A stretch of 64,000 nt of DNA from NCBI RefSeq assembly GCF_054482595.1, contig NZ_CM137008.1. One strand, written 5' to 3'. This document shows, piece after piece, positions 1 to 9,780 of this stretch; the first letter of the stretch is position 1, and each line of letters starts with the position of its first letter. The notes below the pieces were generated by a model, which did not search any database, had not been told where the DNA came from, and saw only the letters and a list, made by a program, of their open reading frames with translations. The position numbers were made by a program, and so were the translations under genes.

Positions 1-24
1 TATTTCGCGTATATAAATAGTTAT

Positions 25-435
25 CTACACAACGTCAATAAGGGCATATTCTTCAAAGATAACGTCCATTTCTGGTGAATAGCTTCCTTCTGCCTGGAAA
101 AAACGACGGTGTTCATTACGCCAATATTCAAGACTGAGGTCACCTTCACCTTCCTTACGGGCAAGCTCCGCGGTGACATCAGAAAAGCGCAGTAAATGCA
201 GGCCAATCACTCTGATAACACATACAGGCTCACCACGGCTATTTTCTACAATCTTATACTCACCAATCATCGGAAATGAGTTGTCTTCAATACATCCTGC
301 CAGCGAACCACAGGAAGCTGTTTTAACACCAGTCGCAATCAACGTTGCGAGGTGATCGGCCAACGCTGCAGAATCGCCAAAAGTACAAAAGGAAGCATGG
401 GGATATTTTTGTAAGATTTTTTCTTTTATGGTCAT
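25..435 (-). CDS. small hypothetical protein, about 136 aa (possible ASCH/PUA-like fold); alternative start at 465
   Basis: Intact minus-strand ORF downstream of yahJ; internal Met (MTIKEK...) is the likelier start; no recognisable catalytic motif; fold guess is from overall composition only. Confidence 0.4.
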   Translation of the reverse strand: MTIKEKILQKYPHASFCTFGDSAALADHLATLIATGVKTASCGSLAGCIEDNSFPMIGEYKIVENSRGEPVCVIRVIGLHLLRFSDVTAELARKEGEGDLSLEYWRNEHRRFFQAEGSYSPEMDVIFEEYALIDVV

Positions 436-733
436 GAGAATATTTTCGCGATTACGGAAAAACAAATCACATCTTAATTACTGTTGGTAACCATCAGCAA
501 GAGTATCATTGGTTTTTCGATACTGAATCTTTTTTATCCGAAGCAGGTCACATTTATGGCCTGATAAATACCTTTGTTAAAACTCACTTTTGTGTATTTC
601 TCTCAAATAATCCCCTGGAAATTATGCCGGGAGATTATAAAGTTCAGGATCATTCATTAGCAAACCATTCCCGCCCCACTCCCTGGGGCTTAAATCTCTT
701 ACTATTCACCGTTGCAGGCGTTTCAAATGCGCA

Positions 734-2116
734 TCAACCTGCCACACTCCCCCACACCAGTTGCCCTTTATGGAACGTTGCGGTTCTCGGCGAGATACGC
801 GCCACCGCCTCGGCGGAACAGGAGGCGTCCACCAGCACAAAGCTGGCGTCATCCTGCGCTTTTGGCCATACACGCTCGCCTTTTTCATTCAGCGGCAATA
901 CATCGCCAGTGGCTAGAAACAGCGAACGGGAGAGGTTCTGTTCGTTAGGACGAATATAGAGCTGCGCGTAGAGATTGGCTTTTTCCAGCATGTCGCCCAG
1001 ACCATAAGGCGACCAGTGGTCGATAACGCTGTCAGTGCCAGTCATCACTTTTACGCCTTTGTCGTGTAACTGTTTGAGCGGCATATGCAGCGTACCAATC
1101 GGCACCGTCGAGGCGATAGAAATTTGCTGCACCACCATCCGGTTAGCCAGTTCATCTACCTGTTGCTCGTTGAGTGTTGCCAGCGCAAAGGCGTGACTGA
1201 TGGTCAGCTTGCCCTTCAGCTGTGGCGTTTTCTCTACCGTTTCAACCATATAATTGATGGCTGCCACGCCCGACGGAGTGGTTTCGTGCAGGTGAATATC
1301 GACGCCTTTGTCGTAGTCCAGCGCAATCTGGAACATGGTATCGAGGGATTTTTCCATCGCGCCATCGACACTGGTCGGGTCCAGCCCGCCGACGTAATGC
1401 GCCCCCGCCTGCATCGCTTCGCGCATTAAGGGTTCCGATTTCGACAGCAGCAAACCGTGCTGCGGGAAGGCGACGATTTCACACTCGAAGCCCGCCTGAC
1501 GTCGCGCCAGCACCGCCTGCAAATTTTGCAGATTTTTCAGGCCGGAAACCGGTTCGATATTGCAGTGGCTGCGGGCAATGGTGGTGCCTTTCGACTGCAA
1601 TAAATCAATCAGTTTTTCTGCCCGCTCCTGAGTGTACGGTTGCAGCTCCGGCAGCATTTTCTGCTCGAGTTTGATCATGTCCTGGATGGTGGTGCCTGCC
1701 GGGCGATTGAGCGAGCGCCACGGCCCGCCGTAAAAGGTTTTGTCGAGATGAATATGCATGTCGCGGGTGGTGGGCAGCATCAGCTTATCGCCAGCGTCAT
1801 AGTGCGGCAGCGTGGCATCCGGGTGCTGCTTATTCTCGCGCAGCGCGACAATTTTGCCGTTCTGAATCTCCACGGTCTGGCGCGCCGTGCGGGTCTGCAC
1901 CGCCACGCCATTTTCGTAGTCAAATCCAGTTTCCAGCAGCACGTTGTCGAGATAGTAATGCGGGTCAGTGATTTTCATGGTGTTGTTCGCTTCGCAGTTT
2001 GTGGTGCCAGAGACCGCCGCATGGGCGAGCGGCACAGAGGTACCAAACAGCGCGGCGGCGGTGACCATCTTACCGCTCTGGCTCAGAAATTCACGGCGGC
2101 TATTGCTTTCTTTCAT
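734..2116 (-). CDS. yahJ: amidohydrolase-family deaminase with twin-arginine (Tat) signal peptide, 460 aa
   Basis: N-terminus MKESNSRREFLSQSG...AHA carries an RR Tat motif and signal peptidase site; metal-binding HIH motif (DMHIHLDK); length and sequence match my recollection of YahJ. Confidence 0.85.
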   Translation of the reverse strand: MKESNSRREFLSQSGKMVTAAALFGTSVPLAHAAVSGTTNCEANNTMKITDPHYYLDNVLLETGFDYENGVAVQTRTARQTVEIQNGKIVALRENKQHPDATLPHYDAGDKLMLPTTRDMHIHLDKTFYGGPWRSLNRPAGTTIQDMIKLEQKMLPELQPYTQERAEKLIDLLQSKGTTIARSHCNIEPVSGLKNLQNLQAVLARRQAGFECEIVAFPQHGLLLSKSEPLMREAMQAGAHYVGGLDPTSVDGAMEKSLDTMFQIALDYDKGVDIHLHETTPSGVAAINYMVETVEKTPQLKGKLTISHAFALATLNEQQVDELANRMVVQQISIASTVPIGTLHMPLKQLHDKGVKVMTGTDSVIDHWSPYGLGDMLEKANLYAQLYIRPNEQNLSRSLFLATGDVLPLNEKGERVWPKAQDDASFVLVDASCSAEAVARISPRTATFHKGQLVWGSVAG

Positions 2117-2125
2117 CTTACGTCC

Positions 2126-3076
2126 TTACGTTTTAATAATATGGGTGCCCGTTTCACCGCGCAGCGCCGCAGGCAGGCATTCCGGCGTGGTGATAATCAC
2201 TTCTTTGCCGCCCTGTTCCAGGAACGTCAGGCTGGCGATGATTTTTGGCAACATGCTGCCAGGCGGAAAATGCCCTTCCTGCATATAGCGGGTCATGGTG
2301 GCAATATCCACGCGATCCAGCGCCTGCTGCTGCGGTTTACCAAAATGAATACACACTTTTTCCACGCCGGTGGTGATCACCAGAATGTCGGCGTGAATTT
2401 CACGGGCCAGCAGCGCGGTAGAGAGATCTTTGTCGATAACCGCGTCCACGCTTTGGTAATCTCCCGCGTCAGTACGCACCACAGGAATTCCGCCGCCGCC
2501 CGCGCCAATCACCACAAAGCCTTGTTGGATCAGCGCCTTAATGGCAGGTGCTTCGACAATACGTTTCGGTTCCGGCGAGGCGACCACGCGGCGATAGCCC
2601 CGTCCGGCATCTTCAACAAAACGCCAGTCAGGGTTTGCCTTTTGTAGTTCGTCACGCTGGCTGTCACTAAAGAATGCGCCGATGGGCTTGGTGGGATGGG
2701 CAAATCCCGGATCGTTTTTATCCACTTCCACCTGAGTCACCACGGTGACGGCTTTTTTCTCGCCGTGACGCGCCAGCCGGTTGTTCAGCGCCTGTTGGAT
2801 CAGATAGCCGATGCCGCCTTGCGTATCCGCCACACAGTTCGCCAGGGGCGTTAAGGGCAGCCCTTCGCGCTCGTGGGCAATCTCCGCGCGGCGTAAATCC
2901 AGCCCGACCTGCGGCCCGTTGCCGTGGGTCAGCACAATGTCGTAATCGGAAGCCAGCATTTCCAGCACCGTATCAGCGACGGCTTTCACCGCCTCCGCCT
3001 GATGCTCAATCGACTGGCTGGCGTTATCTTTGATAATGCTGTTGCCACCAATGGCAACGACCACAAGTTCTTTCAT
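2126..3076 (-). CDS. yahI: carbamate kinase-like protein, 316 aa
   Basis: N-terminal amino-acid-kinase motif VVAIGGNSI; C-terminal IGAGGGGIPV glycine loop typical of carbamate kinases; position next to yahJ. Confidence 0.85.
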   Translation of the reverse strand: MKELVVVAIGGNSIIKDNASQSIEHQAEAVKAVADTVLEMLASDYDIVLTHGNGPQVGLDLRRAEIAHEREGLPLTPLANCVADTQGGIGYLIQQALNNRLARHGEKKAVTVVTQVEVDKNDPGFAHPTKPIGAFFSDSQRDELQKANPDWRFVEDAGRGYRRVVASPEPKRIVEAPAIKALIQQGFVVIGAGGGGIPVVRTDAGDYQSVDAVIDKDLSTALLAREIHADILVITTGVEKVCIHFGKPQQQALDRVDIATMTRYMQEGHFPPGSMLPKIIASLTFLEQGGKEVIITTPECLPAALRGETGTHIIKT

Positions 3077-3126
3077 CTTGTTATGTCCGCTACAGAGGGT
3101 GATGGGGTTATGACCAACGCCAGACT

Positions 3127-3485
3127 GCCTGATGCGCTACGCTTATCAGGCCTACAATTCTCGTGCCACTCGTAGGCCGGATAAGGCGTTCACGCCACAT
3201 CCGGCAATGGTGACAAATGCCTGATGCGCTACGCTTATCAGGCCTACAATTCTTGCGCCATTCGTAGGCCGGATAAGGCGTTCACGCCGCATCCGGCAAT
3301 GGTGACAAATGCCTGATGCGCTACGCTTATCAGGCCTACAAATTCTTGCGCCACTTGTAGGCCGGATAAGGCGTTCACGCCGCATCCGGCAATGGTGACA
3401 AATGCCTGATGCGCTACGCTTATCAGGCCTACAGATTCTTGCGCCACTTGTAGGCCGGATAAGGCGTTCACGCCGCATCCGGCAT
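3127..3485. repeat. REP/BIME cluster: about four tandem ~92-bp units each containing REP palindromes
   Basis: The unit gcctgatgcgctacgcttatcaggcctaca...gccggataaggcgttcacgccgcatccggcaatggtgacaaat recurs starting at 3127, 3219, 3311 and 3404; sequence matches the classic E. coli REP consensus. Confidence 0.9.
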
Positions 3486-3496
3486 GAACATGTAGG

Positions 3497-4915
3497 TCAG
3501 ACGCCGTAACGTTCGCACCAGCCAAGAATGGCTTTCTCGAAGCAGGCGAATGGCGGATGCACAATGCCCGCGCCAATCATGCCGACGCCCGCATCTTTAT
3601 GGGCGATGGCGGTGTTGATCACCGGCAGAATGCCGCTGCTACCCACGCGGGTGATGTCGATTGCCGACGGCACGCCCATAAAACCGAGCAGCGGAATGGT
3701 GACGTTGGGGTTTTCGCCAAGGGTGATTTCGCGCATCTGACGGGAGAAATCGATAGCCTCTTCCACCGTGCCGCCCACCAGCGCAACGATTGCAGGCGCG
3801 GTCGCCATGGCAAATCCGCCAATACCGTAGGTTTCGGTGATGGCGCTGTCGCCGATATCCAGCCCCGAATCTTCCGGCTTATAACCAGCAAACATCGGGC
3901 CGATGACCTGCTGCGCTGGGCCGGTAAACCACTGCCCCGGCAGGCCGCTGACCCGCAGGCCGAACTCGACGCCGTTACGCGCCATGGTGGTAACGACGGT
4001 GCTGTATTCGATGCCGTGCGCCGCATCCATCGCCGCTTTACACATCGCCATCCACGTCGGGCCGGAGAAGTAATCGCTACTGGCAACAAACTCAAACACT
4101 TCGCGCTGTTGCGCGACGGAATAGCCCGCCTGGATAATCCCCGGCGTCAGCGCCTGAATCAGCAGCGTCGTCCCGGCGTTATTGCGGTTATGGCACTCAT
4201 CGCCCATATGCAGCGCCTGCGCCAGCATTAAGCGCAGATCGATTTCGCCGATAATTTTCATCGCGTCGCGCAGTATTGGTCCCTGCACATCACGCATCCA
4301 GTTCAGGCGGTCAATCACGCTCTGGTCGTTAGCGCCCATACGCAAAATCTTCGCCATCTGCTCGCTCATGTTGGTATAAGCGATGTTGCCGTAGGTTTTG
4401 TTTTTTACGATGTGCATAAACATCGAGGCCGAGGTAACACCCGCCATCGATCCCACGCAGTCGTGCTCGTGACACGGCGAGAAGGTGATCTCCCCGGAAG
4501 CCGCCAGTTCAGCCGCCTCGTCGAGATCTTTCGCCAGTCCTTCGAACACCAGCGCTCCGGTGACCGCGCCTTTCATCGCGCCGCACATTTTTTCCCAGGT
4601 GATCGGCGGCCCGGCGTGAAGAATGGTTTTCGGCGTCATGCCCGGCACCACGTTAATCGCCTGCTCAAAACCAATCAGCACCGGATGCGACTGGATAATG
4701 CGCTCCAGCGCCTGCTGGTTAGCGGCGGCGATTTTGTCTGCCAGCGGCGAATCGGCAATGTTGTCCAGCGCCTGCACCACCTGCATATTGCCCTGCCCCG
4801 GCGGCGTCCAGTCGAGTTGAGTCACTTCTACATGCTGCTTTTTCAGGTCATCGCTAAACATGGCGATGCCGACGTTAATAACGTTCAATGGTTGGCTAAA
4901 CAGTGACTGGCTCAT
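3497..4915 (-). CDS. yahG: DUF1116-family protein, 472 aa
   Basis: Long ORF; start overlaps yahF stop by one base (ATGA on the minus strand); matches recollection of YahG. Confidence 0.8.
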   Translation of the reverse strand: MSQSLFSQPLNVINVGIAMFSDDLKKQHVEVTQLDWTPPGQGNMQVVQALDNIADSPLADKIAAANQQALERIIQSHPVLIGFEQAINVVPGMTPKTILHAGPPITWEKMCGAMKGAVTGALVFEGLAKDLDEAAELAASGEITFSPCHEHDCVGSMAGVTSASMFMHIVKNKTYGNIAYTNMSEQMAKILRMGANDQSVIDRLNWMRDVQGPILRDAMKIIGEIDLRLMLAQALHMGDECHNRNNAGTTLLIQALTPGIIQAGYSVAQQREVFEFVASSDYFSGPTWMAMCKAAMDAAHGIEYSTVVTTMARNGVEFGLRVSGLPGQWFTGPAQQVIGPMFAGYKPEDSGLDIGDSAITETYGIGGFAMATAPAIVALVGGTVEEAIDFSRQMREITLGENPNVTIPLLGFMGVPSAIDITRVGSSGILPVINTAIAHKDAGVGMIGAGIVHPPFACFEKAILGWCERYGV

Positions 4916-6462
4916 CAGGCTTCCTCCCCTTTGCAGATAAATTCACGCGCCAGCAATCCGGTATTGGTGCTGCTGCTCGCCAGAATCACTCCGGCATCAA
5001 GCAGCATCTGGCTTTGTTGTTCTAACGATGGCGTATCAAGATCGGTACCCAGCACATAGGCGAGAATGATCAACTCGCGTCCTTCGGCAGCGGCGATCGC
5101 TTTCGCTTCTTTGATCGCCTCGATGGTGGAGCCGACCGGATCTTCATGCGATCCAAATCCGAGCACAAAATCCATCACGATCACCGCCACTTCTGGATCG
5201 CGCGCCTCTTCGATCAAGCGACTGATGCGGTTGGTGGGGTCAATCATTGGATGCGGCTTGCCGTTGGTGAAGTCGTCATCGCCAAAGTCGAGGAAGGTGT
5301 GTTTGATGCTGCGATTGATATCTTTCAGGCGGAATTCAGGATCGGGCTGGATGTTGCTGTAGACATCGCCGTGTTTTTCCATCACCGCGAACATGGTTTC
5401 GTCACACAGCGTACCGCCGCAGAACAGGCCACGAATGTATTTCTGCTGGGGTTGCAGACGCGCACGCACATCCGCAATCAACGGCTGGTTAAGCGTATGC
5501 AGGTCGAGATTTTCCTGTTTCACGCCGGAGAGCATCACCGCTTTTAGCGCCGCTTCTTTGCTGCCGCGAGCAAACTGTAGCCCCTGCTCGTCAACCGGCG
5601 TTTCGCCACGACCGAGGAAGCAGACCACCACCGGCTTGCGGCAGGCGCGGGCGCGTTCCAGCACTTTACGGGCCACCGCAGGCGCGGGAGGTTTTGAAAT
5701 CAGCGCGATAATTTCAGTTTGCGGATCGTTTTCCAGCATCCCGATGGCGTCGAGCATCATCAGGCCGCCGATTTTCTCGCTCAGGTCGCGCCCGCCGGTG
5801 CCAATCAGTTGTGAAACGCCGCCACCAAATTCATGAATGCGGACGCTCAGCTCCTGGCTGCCGGTGCCGGATGCGCCAACAATACCGATGTTGCCGCGAT
5901 GCACGGCGTTACCAAAACAGAGCGCCGCGCCGTTGATAATCGCCGTGCCACAGTCTGGCCCCATCATCAGCAGCCCTTTTTCGTGGGCCAGTTGCTTGAG
6001 CGCCAGTTCATCTTCAACCGAGACGTTATCGGAAAACAGCATCACGTTGAGATCGTTTTGCAGCGCCTGACGCGCTTCGCGAGCGGCAAACAGACCGTTG
6101 ACCGAAATCACCGCCAGGTTACTTTCCGGGATATGCTTTTTGGCGCTGGCAATAGTGGCGTAACGCGCCTCGTGCGAGCCGCTTTGCGCTTTGCTGTTGA
6201 ACAGTTCTTCAATCTCCACCAGCAACTGCTCGTTGTCCGCCCCCGATTTACCATTGATGACAATCATCAGGTCGCCGTTTTTCGCCTGTTCCAGCTCCGG
6301 CGTGAGCAGTCCTAAATTTTTCAGCACACCTTTGTTCATTTCGGTCGCCATCGCCACAAATGCCTGCTCGACGCCGTCGAGTTTATTTGCACGCGTGGAG
6401 ATAGACATCAGCGAGACAGAATCAAAATAGGTATTCGGTTTAATGACTATTTTAACTGACAT
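4915..6462 (-). CDS. yahF: FdrA-like acyl-CoA synthetase family protein, 515 aa
   Basis: Succinyl-CoA-synthetase-alpha-like glycine-rich segments (GIVGASGTG, GTGGRD); overlaps yahE by 11 nt. Confidence 0.85.
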   Translation of the reverse strand: MSVKIVIKPNTYFDSVSLMSISTRANKLDGVEQAFVAMATEMNKGVLKNLGLLTPELEQAKNGDLMIVINGKSGADNEQLLVEIEELFNSKAQSGSHEARYATIASAKKHIPESNLAVISVNGLFAAREARQALQNDLNVMLFSDNVSVEDELALKQLAHEKGLLMMGPDCGTAIINGAALCFGNAVHRGNIGIVGASGTGSQELSVRIHEFGGGVSQLIGTGGRDLSEKIGGLMMLDAIGMLENDPQTEIIALISKPPAPAVARKVLERARACRKPVVVCFLGRGETPVDEQGLQFARGSKEAALKAVMLSGVKQENLDLHTLNQPLIADVRARLQPQQKYIRGLFCGGTLCDETMFAVMEKHGDVYSNIQPDPEFRLKDINRSIKHTFLDFGDDDFTNGKPHPMIDPTNRISRLIEEARDPEVAVIVMDFVLGFGSHEDPVGSTIEAIKEAKAIAAAEGRELIILAYVLGTDLDTPSLEQQSQMLLDAGVILASSSTNTGLLAREFICKGEEA

Positions 6463-7315
6463 AATTCCCTCCGTAGGTTTGGCTCAGCGCACAACCATCG
6501 GCCATGCCATACAGCATGTCGCAGCCGGAACTGGAGCCAATATGTTTAATTTTTTCTATTGCCTGAGTTGAATTCCCAGGGACGCCATAAATAATGTTGT
6601 GAATAAAACGATGAATATTTTCCCGGCAGCGTTGTTGTAATGCGGCTTCCAGCGTTATGGCACTTAATAATGTGGTGTTATTTCTGCCGCGTTGCAGACC
6701 GCGATAAAATTCCTCTTTGTATTTTTCCGCCGGATGCCCGGAAATAAATAAAATAAGTACCAGTCCGGTCAGATAATCATCGGCTGATGGCGTAAGGCCA
6801 ATCCCTAACCCCATCATACTGGCGACCGCTGCGGCGATATTTTGTTTTTCGTTTACTGCCTGAATAACTGCCCGTCGTTTAATATGTAGTTCTTTATTTA
6901 ACGCCTGATAAAACGGATTATCGCCGCGATAATTAAACAGGGTTTCATTTTCCCCCAGGTGCTGATGAATAATGTCGTGCCACTGTTGCCAGGCGATAAG
7001 GTGAAAATTCACAGCGGTCATTTGCAAGGTTGGGGACAGCCAACGCCGACAACGACTCATCTCTATATGAAGATGTTGACCAACCGTAATACCTTGATCG
7101 TCAAACTGAACCTTATCACCATGCCGGAACAGATCATCAAAGTGAGTGAGTGCCAACCGACAACTGTTTGGCGCATTGTCGTACTCTTCACAAAGCAGCG
7201 TCAGCAACTGCTGGCGAGCCGGGAGTGCGATATTTACCGCTCTGGCAAAGACCTGTTCAACCTGTCCTTGCCCCCGCTGCGCCAGAAAATCCGCATCCGC
7301 AGTTAGCGCCCACAC
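6452..7315 (-). CDS. yahE: DUF2877-family protein, 287 aa
   Basis: ORF overlapping yahF start; position within the yahD-yahG gene string. Confidence 0.75.
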   Translation of the reverse strand: MWALTADADFLAQRGQGQVEQVFARAVNIALPARQQLLTLLCEEYDNAPNSCRLALTHFDDLFRHGDKVQFDDQGITVGQHLHIEMSRCRRWLSPTLQMTAVNFHLIAWQQWHDIIHQHLGENETLFNYRGDNPFYQALNKELHIKRRAVIQAVNEKQNIAAAVASMMGLGIGLTPSADDYLTGLVLILFISGHPAEKYKEEFYRGLQRGRNNTTLLSAITLEAALQQRCRENIHRFIHNIIYGVPGNSTQAIEKIKHIGSSSGCDMLYGMADGCALSQTYGGNYVS

Positions 7316-7354
7316 ACACCGTTTTTCTGGTGTGTTGATTGCAAGCCTCCCGGT

Positions 7355-7960
7355 TTATGCACCTGCGGCAATCAGTAACTGCGCAATCTCTTCAAAGCCC
7401 CGTTCCCGCGCCAGTTCCAGTGGCGTTTTGCCATATTTATCCGTCAGATGCGGGCTGGCACCGTGTTCCAGCAATAACTGCACAATCGCCTGCTGTTTAA
7501 TACCACCATCATTAAGCACAATCGCTTCCAGTAGCGGCGTCCAGCCTACATGGTTGGTCTGGTTAACGTTAATCTCCGTATGCGCCAAAAGCTCTTTTAC
7601 AATACTTAAATGGCCTTTTTCACAGGCAGGCGTCAGGCCGACACCGCCAAAACGGGTTACGCAATTAAGATCGGGTTTAGCCGGTAAAATAATTCGTAGT
7701 AGAGTTAAATCATCGTTCAGACAGCTAATTAAAAAAGGATTTAAACAGGTATGATCTTGCTTATTAATATCCGCTCCGGCATCAATTAATGCCTGAACGC
7801 AAGCATATTGCTGATATAAACTTGCCAGCGTAATTGCCGTTTTCCCCTGACGATCGCAGGTATTAATATCGACACCCAGCGCAAGGCAGGTTTTTACTTT
7901 ATCGATATCACCCTGTTGTGCAGCCAATAAATAGTCGGCAGGTAGATTTTTTATACTCAT
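7355..7960 (-). CDS. yahD: ankyrin-repeat protein, 201 aa
   Basis: Repeated ankyrin-like units (e.g. GKTAITLASLYQQYACVQALIDAGADIN, GWTPLLEAIVLN...LLEHGASPHL). Confidence 0.85.
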   Translation of the reverse strand: MSIKNLPADYLLAAQQGDIDKVKTCLALGVDINTCDRQGKTAITLASLYQQYACVQALIDAGADINKQDHTCLNPFLISCLNDDLTLLRIILPAKPDLNCVTRFGGVGLTPACEKGHLSIVKELLAHTEINVNQTNHVGWTPLLEAIVLNDGGIKQQAIVQLLLEHGASPHLTDKYGKTPLELARERGFEEIAQLLIAAGA

Positions 7961-8217
7961 TCACATTCCCCTGGTTTTTGTGGCTGTTTTCGATGAATTG
8001 AGAATAGCAACGATAATCTGATAAAAGAACCCGCTTAAATTTAATTCGCTGTATTTCGCCTTTTTGTTGAATGATGTTCAACAATCTTTTCGCAGTGTGC
8101 GGTAGTGCAATATTTGTTTCTTTGACCCGATACCCTTTCACTCAATCAGGTTTTATTTCTCTATAGTCTGCACATGTAAGAGTAGCTTTCGTCCATGTCT
8201 AACCAGAGGGGAACAAG

Positions 8218-8715
8218 ATGAACGGACTCACGGCAACGGGTGTCACCGTCGGTATTTGTGCAGGGCTTTGGCAGTTAGTGTCTTCACATGTCGGGCTCTC
8301 TCAGGGATGGGAATTATTAGGAACCATTGGCTTCGTCGCCTTTTGCAGTTTTTATGCCGCAGGCGGCGGTAAATCGGGGTTTATCAGAAGTCTGGCGGTT
8401 AATTATTCCGGGATGGTGTGGGCATTTTTCGCCGCGCTGGCTGCCGGTTGGCTGGCCTCTGTAAGTGGACTGTCCGCGTTCTGGGCGAGCGTAATTACTA
8501 CCGTACCCTTCTCGGCGGTAGTGGTCTGGCAAGGGCGTTTCTGGTTACTGTCCTTTATTCCCGGTGGCTTTCTCGGCATGACGCTGTTTTTTGCCAGCGG
8601 GATGAACTGGACGGTGACGTTACTGGGTTTTCTGGCGGGTAACTGCGTGGGGATAATTTCAGAATATGGTGGACAAAAATTAAGCGAAGCGACGACTAAA
8701 CGCGACGGGTATTAA
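8218..8715 (+). CDS. yahC: inner membrane protein, 165 aa
   Basis: Highly hydrophobic ORF with several predicted transmembrane segments; divergent from yahD. Confidence 0.8.
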   Translation: MNGLTATGVTVGICAGLWQLVSSHVGLSQGWELLGTIGFVAFCSFYAAGGGKSGFIRSLAVNYSGMVWAFFAALAAGWLASVSGLSAFWASVITTVPFSAVVVWQGRFWLLSFIPGGFLGMTLFFASGMNWTVTLLGFLAGNCVGIISEYGGQKLSEATTKRDGY

Positions 8716-8806
8716 AAGTTATTCAAAAATGATTATCTATCTTTAACCGATACCTCTACAGTCATAGCTGGAGAAATTCATAGTAGATAATGGCGAGAAT
8801 GGTTTA

Positions 8807-9739
8807 ATGAACTCAATTTTTACCGAAGAGAATCTGTTGGCATTTACTACCGCTGCGCGTTTTGGCAGCTTCAGTAAAGCCGCAGAAGAGTTGGGTTTAA
8901 CCACTTCCGCCATTAGCTACACCATCAAGCGTATGGAGACGGGGCTGGATGTGGTGCTGTTCACTCGCAGTACCCGCAGCATTGAGTTAACGGAGTCCGG
9001 GCGTTATTTTTTCCGCAAAGCTACCGACCTGCTGAATGATTTTCACGCCATCAAACGCAGTATCGATACTATTTCGCAGGGCATAGAAGCACGTGTGCGC
9101 ATTTGTATTAATCAGCTGCTTTATACGCCCAAACACACCGCACGCTTGTTACAGGTGCTGAAAAAGCAGTTTCCTACCTGCCAGATTACCGTCACCACCG
9201 AAGTGTATAACGGCGTCTGGGATGCGATTATTAATAATCAGGCCAATATCGCCATCGGCGCACCCGATACACTACTGGACGGCGGCGGTATTGATTACAC
9301 TGAAATTGGCGCGATTCGCTGGGCTTTTGCTATCGCCCCGGATCACCCGTTAGCCTTTGTGCCGGAACCCATCGCCGAAAGCCAACTGCGTCTCTACCCT
9401 AATATTATGGTGGAGGACACCGCGCATACGATTAATAAAAAAGTGGGCTGGTTGCTGCACGGGCAGGAGTCAATTCTGGTGCCAGATTTCAACACCAAAT
9501 GTCAGTGCCAGATTTTAGGTGAAGGAATTGGTTTTTTGCCGGATTACATGGTCCGTGAGGCGATGACGCAATCCCTGCTGGTTACCCGACAAATCCATAA
9601 TCCGCGCCAGGATTCGCGCATGTTACTGGCGACTCAGCATTCTGCTACGGGTCAGGTGACGCAGTGGATTAAAAAACAATTTGCGCCAAATGGCATATTA
9701 ACGGGGATCTATCAGGATTTACTGCATCGGGAGAATTAA
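8807..9739 (+). CDS. yahB: LysR-family transcriptional regulator, 310 aa
   Basis: N-terminal LysR helix-turn-helix (FTTAARFGSFSKAAEELGLTTSAISYTIKRME) and C-terminal substrate-binding domain. Confidence 0.85.
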   Translation: MNSIFTEENLLAFTTAARFGSFSKAAEELGLTTSAISYTIKRMETGLDVVLFTRSTRSIELTESGRYFFRKATDLLNDFHAIKRSIDTISQGIEARVRICINQLLYTPKHTARLLQVLKKQFPTCQITVTTEVYNGVWDAIINNQANIAIGAPDTLLDGGGIDYTEIGAIRWAFAIAPDHPLAFVPEPIAESQLRLYPNIMVEDTAHTINKKVGWLLHGQESILVPDFNTKCQCQILGEGIGFLPDYMVREAMTQSLLVTRQIHNPRQDSRMLLATQHSATGQVTQWIKKQFAPNGILTGIYQDLLHREN

Positions 9740-9780
9740 TCGCTGCCAACCTCCCGATGCGCTGTGAATAGCGGTTTACA

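Noticed and set aside
624..959. 111-aa and 78-aa plus-strand ORFs overlapping the yahJ 3' end
   Set aside because: Overlap the well-supported yahJ on the opposite strand; Pro/Arg-rich translations.
1640..2647. 335-aa plus-strand ORF overlapping yahJ and yahI
   Set aside because: Antisense to two well-supported genes; Arg/His-rich low-complexity translation typical of the reverse strand of GC-rich coding DNA.
3127..3485. Possible CRISPR array (regularly spaced direct repeats)
   Set aside because: The units are contiguous about 92-bp repeats with no unique spacers between them, and the sequence matches the REP palindrome consensus. No cas genes nearby.
3152..3576. Two overlapping minus-strand ORFs of 108 and 110 aa with internally repeated peptide sequence
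   Set aside because: They are translations of the tandem REP/BIME repeats (identical peptide blocks recur with the 92-bp DNA period). No ribosome-binding site; not counted as genes.
3557..4231. 224-aa plus-strand ORF and 158-aa minus-strand ORF (3619-4095) inside yahG
   Set aside because: Alternative-frame or antisense reading of yahG with Arg-rich, biased composition; no independent support.
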